Source of the DNA: Williopsis jadinii
Lineage: Eukaryota
Assembly: GCA_024346625.1 (NCBI GenBank)
Contig: AP024667.1
Span: 1,178,001 to 1,242,000 of the forward strand
Direction: 5' to 3'
DNA: 64,000 nt
The position numbers and the translations under genes are program-made. The stretch's first letter is position 1. Each line of letters starts with the position of its first letter. Below are positions 9,839 to 20,005 of this stretch, one piece after another. The notes below the pieces were generated by a model. It did not search any database. It saw only the letters and a list, made by a program, of their open reading frames with translations, and was not told the origin of the DNA.

Positions 9839-11927
9839 GAGTTAAAGTCAATACCCGAGGGGCCGTGCAGTGCAAGTCGATCGCAAAAGTCCAAATCGCC
9901 TTCACCGCGTCCAACCACTACAGGTCAACTTGTATAATAAACTACTTGAAGTATATCTAAGTGGACTTTCTTTGGTTTCATATATATATATCTTGCACAA
10001 TGCTCTACCATGGTTATTCACACTATCAAAGATTTTTTTAGTTATAATGTTTGATAACAGGACCTCTCTTCCTAGGAGTCCAATCACCAAACGCTCTATT
10101 TTATTGTCACATAAAATGAAGCTTGCGTAGGAGGAAACAGAATATCAATTTCCACTTTTTAAAAACAGAAAAAGATTAATTTCAAACAATTGGGAACTTT
10201 TTACTTAATTTAACTCGCTCCTGTACATAGTTTTCTGTAGTGGTATATCAAAAATATAAATGTTCAACTCCATATTTCTAGTCACATACGCCTGGGCCAC
10301 TTTCCATATGTTCACACAATGTGATGTCTTTCAGAATGTGCATATATTTTTTATTCAAATTGAGATAACTAGTTGACTAAGAATTGGTATTATATATATG
10401 CTGAAAAAAGGGCAAGGACAATTCCCAAAAAACAAAAAACAAAAAAAAATAAAAAAAAAAACTTTAAAACGGACAATAAAAACTACGAAAAAGAAGACAA
10501 GAAAATACAAAACATATGTATAATAAAGAATACAAACCACCAAATACGTTTAAGAGTTTTTGTAATGGATATTTCCGAACAGCTGCATTTTTGTCAAAAG
10601 ATTTATACAAATATTATGATACAACGATCTTCTACTACAACAAGTTTTGAGAAATCCATTCCAGTCGCAATATTCGGAACATGTAAAATATAGGCTTAAT
10701 TATTCTGAAGTATGATTTGATTCCTACCACTGGTTTGAGTTAAATCATTAATCACAAATATCTGTGAGTATCTGAATGTCACAATGTTTTAGATTCCGTG
10801 GTGATGCATTTAGAGTATCTTAAGTAAGATTTTAGACCAAAGTTCCACCCTTTGCTTAATGCTCTTGTCCTGATTTCTTCCGGTGTACTTGATTTATCAG
10901 TGTTTTTCTAATGTTTCTTCATTTGATTAAAAATACCCCTTTTAACGGATTAATTTTTCATGTGGATTTATGCCGAAAAGAGATATGTTTAAATGTATAC
11001 TGCGTTTCTATTCAACATCAGGAAATCATGGTATGAGTTCATTTCAGGAGTAATAATATTATCAAGCTTTTTTCTAAGACTGCTATATCATGTAAAGAAT
11101 TTCATCCAATTTAACAGAATGAATTGAAATTCACAATACAGCAAGTACTAAAATTTAGATTAAATTACGAGGGCATCGGGAATCATTTTATATTTAATTT
11201 GTTTGTTATTTGCAAATCGTGCTTACTCATTGGAGCAGTTACGTCTTTTTACTGATAATACAAGAGGCTGTTGACATTATGGATTTGACAGATCTTTTTG
11301 GAGCTACTTGTAGTCTATAAATATTTAAATTGTCACATATGTTCTATTTTGTCGCATTATATATCTTGAATTTTATAAATCGATTAGATAGTGTGATATG
11401 TCAAGATACGGTACTGAGTATGTCTTGACTGATACTTACGACATATTTTTGAAAATATATTCTTTGGACCTATATCTCGTAAATCAACAGACTTCTTTGG
11501 AACATTTTGTGAGGGCATATTTGCTTTGATTTCAGTGCAAATTTGTTATATTTGATTGTGTTGTTTGATCTCGATTTTTTCTGAAATGTCTCTGTTTCAA
11601 ATGCAATGATATCATATGTATGTAATGCTTATGGAATACTCTTGATTGAATCTGAATCTTATGCACCAAAAAGAAAAGTAAATATAAAAATGTGTAAACA
11701 AACGAAAAAGAAAAAAAATGTAGAAGAATAAAAAGAGAAAAGCCAAAATATATGAACGGGCTGTATTTAAAAAAGCCAAGAGGCATGGTGCTGGTTTTTT
11801 TTGTTTTGATTGAAATTTAGGGGAGCGTGCTCACTAAAGAATTCAAAAAGGTATGCTTTGACAATGGTAATTTTTTTGTCAAGAATTGCCAGTGCATGAT
11901 GTAAATATTCTCGTAGAATTAGACAAG
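9839..11927. other. AT-rich unique core between the inverted arms; candidate centromere central domain
   Basis: No credible ORF. Two 60-nt lines counted (10441 and 11161) are 18% and 28% GC, and there are long A-rich tracts at ~10400-10545 and ~11665-11775. Centromere function is inferred only. Confidence 0.5.
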
Positions 11928-12815
11928 GCCTGATCCCTCTTTAATAAAATGATGAATTTTGGAACGAAAGAAATGAACGCCTTAAGATTTTTCTAAGACT
12001 GTAGGGTACGATTTCGTATAAATGTTAGAATGATACTAATCTGAGTACCGTTAGTATGAAAAAAGATTTGTCTTGCCCTCTATTTGATAAAAGAGGACAT
12101 CTCAAAGATTAAAAATCACTCTTACACATATTGATAAAAGTGAAGCCGCCTGTAGATCTTTTCTTTTATGCGTACTCAAATTAAAGTCTGTTTTGTTGTT
12201 ATTGCTTCTGCGCACCAAGGTAAACTGCTTAACCTCTGGAAATTTGATATTCTCTGCTTGTTGGTGCTGTTGGTTCAATATTCGCAAATTGAACGATAAT
12301 TTCTCTTCTGGTTAACCCCATTTCTGTAATTTCCTCTTGAACAATTTCTCTAGCGGTATATAACAGCTGTGCATAACGATCGTTTTGAGAAAGAAACTCA
12401 CCAATCTTCCTAATGTAGTCCTCATGTTTATTATATTCTTCATCGTTTTGAAGAACACCTCTAAGCAATTCACGATAACGATTTGTAGCCAAGCCTGAAG
12501 CTAGTGTGTAAATTTCTGCAAATTTCTCTTAACCATTTTCTTGAGCTATCATACCATCAACTCTATGGAATAAGCGTCCGTTGATGGTCATTGAATAAGT
12601 TCCACCTCTCGAATCACCAGTACTGATCGAGAATATTTGGACGTGTTTGGATCAAATAAGACATCTTTCAGGTACTGTAGAGGCTCTTTGAATATGTCGC
12701 CGAGTAGAATTTTGCCTCCTGTCGCAACAAAAAGATGGTAATTCTGTAACAATAAGGAAAGCGTGAGAATAATCGCAACACATTTCAAGGCAGCCTGGGT
12801 TATAAACCGAGTTCG

Positions 12816-12899
12816 GTGGTCTCTGTGGTCTCTGTGGTCTCTGTGGTCTCTGTGGTCTTTGTGGTCTCTGCTGTTGTTGTTGTTGTTGTTGTTGTTGTT
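12816..12899 (+). repeat. 9-bp tandem repeat (GTGGTCTCT) x6 followed by a (TGT) x ~9 microsatellite
   Basis: Read directly. On the minus strand it reads as poly-Asn then DHR repeats. Confidence 0.95.
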
Positions 12900-13080
12900 C
12901 TTATTCATAAACTGGATTATCATTCTCATTAAAACCGTTGGTGGTTATCCTTAATGATGTATTCAAAGTTGGGATCATAATCAAAAGCACCATCTCGTTT
13001 AATTTCTTCTAACGCTCTTTCTGCAACATCTGCCGTAGTTCTTCATCTACCTCTTATTCTATCAGCCATAGTTCCATTAT

Positions 13081-13143
13081 CAGGTTCGGGTTCGGGTTCG
13101 GGTTCGGGTTCAGGTTCAGGTTCAGGTTCAGGTTCAGGTTCAG
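13081..13143 (+). repeat. 6-bp tandem repeat (GGTTCR) x ~10
   Basis: Read directly. Reads as EPEPEP on the minus strand, where the left arm has EHETE. Confidence 0.95.
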
Positions 13144-13949
13144 ATATTGGTGGCTGTGGGACATCTCTGATCTCTGCATGGATATTCTGTGGCAGAACTT
13201 GAAGGTTTCTTGGTTCCGCATCTCCTTCTCATAACAAGTAAATTAGCCCTTCTCAATAACTAATGGGTTTTCTTGTTGTGTCGTACCTCCATTGGTTTGA
13301 AGTTACTGCTGTGGTTGTGAATTAGCCGCTGATGCTTCTTCCTCAAGTTGAGGACGTCGTTGGAAGGTTCCAATGAGAGTTCTTGGAGTTTCTTTGGTTG
13401 TACTCCAGTTACTTTTCTTCTCTTGTTTAATCTTTTGTTTATGGCCATTGTCTTGTGATACTTCTACTTTTGTGTATAAAGCTTTTTTGGTTTTGTGTCA
13501 TATTTGTGTTGATAAGAATTCAAAATGTAAACAATGCCTATAAAAATTGGAAACATCCTTACATTTTTGCGATTGCTAGGGCAACGACGAGCAAGACACA
13601 TAAAAACAACATCATCCTAGGTTATTTCAGAAGAACCACCAATCCAGGCAAGCTGAAAGTTAGAACATATGATTTTAAAGATCACGTCTAGTGCCTGATG
13701 GGGTTACAGTTTCCAAAGTTTATTGTGTTGTTGAGGTATAAGCAAGTTTATGCGTTTTTTCTAGTTATACCATACAAGCTATGAAAGGCTATATCTCAAG
13801 AAGTATTAAAGATTACATACTCATACTTTGTTAGGTTTAGTGTCAGCTACATTTTGGTAAACTCTGAGGAAATTTGAAGGTTGCCTTGCTATTTTTATTA
13901 GTATCATTCTGATATCTTATTAACCATATTTATCCGCCAGAAAACATGA

Positions 13950-14690
13950 ATCAACCGCTTCGATGGAACCTATTTTCCTGATAGTCTCTCAAAAGTCGGT
14001 GATCCTCTTACTTATTTTACAGATATTTGTTTTCCTGTTCCTACTCTTGACTTAGTTCAAATAATCATTAATTTGATGATCAAGCGATTGAATGGTGAAA
14101 TCTGCTCGTTGCAAGCTTGAGAGGCATTAAAAGATCCCATGGGGCAGGTCGAACTAACTGTTCCCTATGCAGCTCTTGAAAATGCTAAAAGGCTCTCCCA
14201 TGTCAGGTTTCCTCCATAAACTTTTGAACTCAAACCAGAAAATACTAATGATGTTTGTCAGAAACATTGCAAGTGGATTTGATTTGGTAGATACGAGACG
14301 TATGATTCTTAACCGATTCAATCAAGCAACCATATGGTCTGCAAAATCGTATCTGGATAGCAATTTAGATCATTTGTTGTTATACCAAGAACTAATTTCC
14401 CCTCTGATCCTGATCATAGGTGTCCAGTCACCTTCAGAATGGTTCAATATCCTCTGATAGCCAGCTTTGCCATGAAGATCAATAAATCACAATGCCAAAC
14501 TTTCCCAGACAAACTTGGAGTGTGTTTCCACAAGGAACTCTTCGGTCACGGTCAATTGTGTACGATTCTATTAAGGGCTACAAATCTCGAAAAGAACATG
14601 ATTCACACCACTAAAATAACAAAGTTGACAATAGGGAACGTGGGAAAGTTATCCAGCACATTGAGCTCCACCAATTGGTTAATGACTTAA
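13950..14690 (+). mobile_element. Degenerate Helitron-type PIF1/SF1B helicase C-terminal remnant
   Basis: Frameshifted pieces ...VPTLDLVQIIINLMIKRLNGE...RFPP*TFELKP / ILMMFVRNIASGFDLVDTRRMI / VQYPLIASFAMKINKSQCQTFPDKLGVCFHKELFGHGQLCTILLRAT. These match G+PPHxLxLKxG..ML+RN+...GLxNGTR and QFP+..AFAMTINKSQGQT..VG+.L..VFSHGQLYVALSR. Confidence 0.85.
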
Positions 14691-15550
14691 CCGATCCGAT
14701 GTAACATCAAGCTTCTCTCCAAATGACCTGGAAATTATATATTAAAAGGGGAACAAAGACGGCATAAATCCCAGCTAGGCTTTGTCATATGAATAACTGC
14801 GTTTTATAGGGCCTTTCAATAAAACAGCGAGGTTTCTCTAAAATTACTTATAAACTTTCGCGTATTCAGCTGTTAGTCAATACCTCTATAAAACAAGATG
14901 TGTTCCGTAGTGTAACATAGAGTTGATCTTGTAGCTCAAAGAAGTGACTCAATACCCTAAGAAGCTGGCTGCTTATCTTGTAACTTTGTTAATTAGACAT
15001 GGCCAGTAAGCTTTCTGGGCAGGAGTTTCATTGGTTGTATGACTCTCGTCCCCCAAACTGCTATTGTATATGTCCTCTGGTAGCTCCTGTTTCAAGTTCT
15101 TTGAAGCGTCCATGAGCATATGGACGGTTTTCTCTATCAAATACTATTAATAACAAGCTCCAAAAATATGTTTGACATGCAGTGTAAAACTTACGGTGTA
15201 TTTCAGTTGTTATCAATTTGTATTGTTGCCTCTTGCATTTTATATCATCAGAGAGTACAGCTATGTTACCGTAATCGACACTTTCATCGATAACTCTCTT
15301 TTTCCCCATTTATACCTGACAATATTGGATCAAAATTGGTGTATTAATTCAGAGGGATAAAGAAACGCGCTTGATCGATGATAAATTTGTTCACTTTAGT
15401 TTTTCGCGTCAGTTTATGGTGTCCGGATGATGGAAATGGGAACCGGGGCTGAAAGCCACATCCTTCTCTTTTAACGTACACACTCTTTAATAAACAAATC
15501 TGAAGTAAAGAAAAATCCAGGGTTCAAGGAGAAGCAATTTAGATAGGAGA

Positions 15551-17470
15551 ATGTCTAATCCAGAACATAGCCCTTTGTTATACCTTCAACCAACATCATC
15601 TGGACAGAAAGATATACAAGATCCATCAAGTGAACCGATCAAACCTCCTGTTGCCCCGCAATTACCACTTCCTTCTTCTGCGTTTCAAGACAGCAACAAC
15701 GTCAGTGGCGCAAGCAGTATCACAAGCTCTTCACTTTCTTCGTTAGAGATGTCAGAACTTGAAGATTCGATCAATCCTCAGAGATCATTTATCTATATTG
15801 TTCTTCTGGCAATAATTGTTGGCGGACTTCAATTATCATGGTGTACTGAATTTTCTGAAGGGACACCTTTCCTCTTATCGCTTGGTGTTTCTAAACGAAC
15901 ACTGGCTCTAATATGGATTGCTGGTCCTCTTAGTGGGTCATTGGGACAACCAATCATTGGAATATTGAGTGATAACTCTGAGAACCCTAGCGGAAGACGA
16001 AAGCCATTTATTATCGGTGGTTGCGTAGCTACGTGTCTCTCGCTATTGTATCTGAGTTATTCTGTGGATTTGATCTCGTTATTCTTTCCAACTGGGACTT
16101 CGATGACGACTATCAAGAGGGCAACTATTCCTTTTGCTTCTTTGGGTGTGTATCTATTGGACTTCTCAATAAGTGCAATTCAGGCTGCATCAAGGGCTTA
16201 CATTGTTGATAACGTTGCTACCTATCAGCAACAGATAGCCAATGCTATGGCTGCTATAATGATAGGTGGATTCAACATTATCGGCTATTTCATGGGGTCT
16301 ATAAATCTTGTTAGGTTCTTCTGGTTTCTTGGAAACACCCAGTTCAAAGTCCTAGCATCAATTGCAAGCATTGTTCTGGTTTTGGTGACGACTGTCTCCC
16401 TATGGTACATTGATGAGCGGAACCCGCAAACTGATGTCGTTATACGTGCTGAAAGAAAGAGGAATGTGAAGAGACTCAAAGAGCTGGGTATAGACAATCC
16501 AACAACCATTGGAGGTCTCATAGTATCGCTGTATAAACAAACCAGCCACAGTGTTACAAGACTCTCATCACAGGTTTGGCTTGTGTGTATGGCCGAATTC
16601 TTTGCTTGGATAGGATATTTTCCAATGTTGTTCTATACCACAACGTATGTTGGTGATCTCTACAAGTACGAATTCTTCCAAGCTCGACTCCCTTCTCTTC
16701 CACCGCTGACACAAGAAGAATTGCAAAGCTTACAAGAGGCTGCAACAAGAAGAGGAGCAATGGCTCTCTTGATGCACTCGATTACTTCTTTTGGACTAGA
16801 TCTGCTCCTTCCCTTGTTAGTGAAACCTTTCATCAAAGAGAGTCTCGCGACACATGAAGCATCAGTATTAACCTCCTCAAGAGTTGAGCAGTACATCTCA
16901 AAATTCAGAGATAAATACTTCCCCTGGTTTACTGTGAAGAATTCTTGGATTCTATCGCATGTGCTATTCATTGTCTGTATGTTTGCAACATTTTTTATAC
17001 GGTCTTCTACATCAGCGATTGTTCTCTTTGCATTTTTGGGACTTACATGGGGCAATGCTCTCTGGGCGCCCTTCGTCCTTATATCAGAGGAGGTTTCCCG
17101 GATTAAAGAAGTCAAATCACGGATCCATAAGCAGTACAACGAGGATAGCACCGGCCACGATGGAACACTGACTGTTAATCCAGTGGTTGCTGAGAGGTTT
17201 CAGAATTATGAGCATGAAGCTGGAATCATCCTTGGAATCCACAACTTCTTCGTAGCAGCACCCCAGGTTATCAGCTCATTGTTTAGCAGCTTTTTGTTCC
17301 ATCTGCTATCCAAGGACACTCAGGATGGTGCAGTTTATGACTCTAGCTTGGGATGGGTGTTTAGATTCGGTGGTGTAGCAACATTTGGTGCACTGTGGTT
17401 TTCGCTGAAGTTAAAGACCGATAGAGAGCTTGTGGCAGAAGAAGAGGAAGTATTTACATCGTCTGTTTAG
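15551..17470 (+). CDS. MFS sucrose/alpha-glucoside:H+ symporter-like protein (S. pombe Sut1 / plant SUT / SLC45 family)
   Basis: 639 aa with multiple TM helices and GGLQLSW, IWIAGPLSGSLGQPIIGILSD...GRRKPFI, FFAWIGYFPMLFYTTTYVG and AGIILGIHNFFVAAPQVI motifs. Confidence 0.85.
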   Translation: MSNPEHSPLLYLQPTSSGQKDIQDPSSEPIKPPVAPQLPLPSSAFQDSNNVSGASSITSSSLSSLEMSELEDSINPQRSFIYIVLLAIIVGGLQLSWCTEFSEGTPFLLSLGVSKRTLALIWIAGPLSGSLGQPIIGILSDNSENPSGRRKPFIIGGCVATCLSLLYLSYSVDLISLFFPTGTSMTTIKRATIPFASLGVYLLDFSISAIQAASRAYIVDNVATYQQQIANAMAAIMIGGFNIIGYFMGSINLVRFFWFLGNTQFKVLASIASIVLVLVTTVSLWYIDERNPQTDVVIRAERKRNVKRLKELGIDNPTTIGGLIVSLYKQTSHSVTRLSSQVWLVCMAEFFAWIGYFPMLFYTTTYVGDLYKYEFFQARLPSLPPLTQEELQSLQEAATRRGAMALLMHSITSFGLDLLLPLLVKPFIKESLATHEASVLTSSRVEQYISKFRDKYFPWFTVKNSWILSHVLFIVCMFATFFIRSSTSAIVLFAFLGLTWGNALWAPFVLISEEVSRIKEVKSRIHKQYNEDSTGHDGTLTVNPVVAERFQNYEHEAGIILGIHNFFVAAPQVISSLFSSFLFHLLSKDTQDGAVYDSSLGWVFRFGGVATFGALWFSLKLKTDRELVAEEEEVFTSSV

Positions 17471-17835
17471 TTTTACAGAATGAACTATGCTTTCGACTAT
17501 TATGATTTCAATTTAACGAACAATTTTCACTTCCAGCGTTGTAGGAATGGCTTTTTTTTGGTGTCGGCTTATCTATGTGCCACACAAAGACTCTGCCCAA
17601 TTGTTTTCTTCGCTTATATTAACCCTCAACATCTTTTTGCGGGTCGCTTATTCCTTCCGCATGACTGATTTTACTCTTAGCTGCAGCGGGATTACCACGC
17701 GATTTCCCGCATCAATGAAAAACTGCCCCGAGCGATGGCCTTTAAACATGTCTATTTCTCCACCCCACCCTGTTATATAAAAACCCATCGAAAGAATCTT
17801 CTTTTCCTATTCTTTTGCCGTTTGAATTCTATTAG

Positions 17836-19677
<1,842 letters not shown>

Positions 19678-20005
19678 TGTGGCCATGATGATGATAAGTC
19701 ATTGAAATACCTGTTTAATATAGCATTTATGTTCATCGATAACTAAAAATATTGGATCTGCGCTATGTGTAGTAGTATGTAATGGTTCTCAATCTATGGT
19801 CTGGTTAGCGCAGCATGAATTTTCTATTTCGCGAAACTGCTGTTGCTAATAACGCAGTATCCATCGTGCTCAACACCCATTACCGGAACGAGCCGTCTGT
19901 GTTTTTTTTCTTTGTACAGGTTACTTTCAAGTTCAAAGTTCGAACTTCAATAGGCAGCAGCCAGTCAGATTAAAACAACAAAATCAGAGGCACAGAGACA
20001 ACACA

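Larger units (their letters stand above)
12040..13448 (-). mobile_element. Second degenerate Helitron N-terminal remnant (inverted copy)
   Basis: Fragments MAINKRLNKRRK..., CCDYSHAFLIVTELPSFCCDR / GGKILLGDIFKEPLQYLKDVLFDP and EKFAEIYTLASGLATNRYRELL...IRKIGEFLSQNDRYAQLLYTAREI. KFAEIY corresponds to the Helitron KFAQ+Y motif. Confidence 0.82.
11928..13913 (-). repeat. Right arm of the ~2 kb diverged inverted repeat
   Basis: Reverse complement matches 7851-9838 with substitutions, indels and private microsatellite expansions. Confidence 0.92.

Noticed and set aside
10373..10693. Lys-rich 106-aa ORF and antisense Phe-rich ORFs (also 11532-11786)
   Set aside because: Translation artefacts of A/T tracts; no family motifs.
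10565..11080. Stop-riddled frame in the core that looks vaguely protein-like (SECHNVLDSVVMHLEYLK*DFRPKFHPLLNALVL)
   Set aside because: No recognisable motif; cannot be told apart from random AT-rich sequence without a search.
9839..11927. Flip-flop mating-type or other invertible cassette between the inverted arms
   Set aside because: No MAT-like or other intact gene lies in the core, and the arms look too diverged for efficient recombination.
12816..13143. Short tandem repeats as a CRISPR-like array
   Set aside because: No unique spacers; simple microsatellites in a eukaryotic genome.
14691..14790. Possible canonical Helitron 3' end (hairpin plus CTAG at 14775-14778)
   Set aside because: CTAG is followed by G rather than T, and I see no convincing GC-rich hairpin about 11 nt upstream.
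17640..17710. Put3 site (CGG-N10-CCG) upstream of PUT2
   Set aside because: The CGG...CCG pairs present have 14- and 17-nt spacers, not 10.
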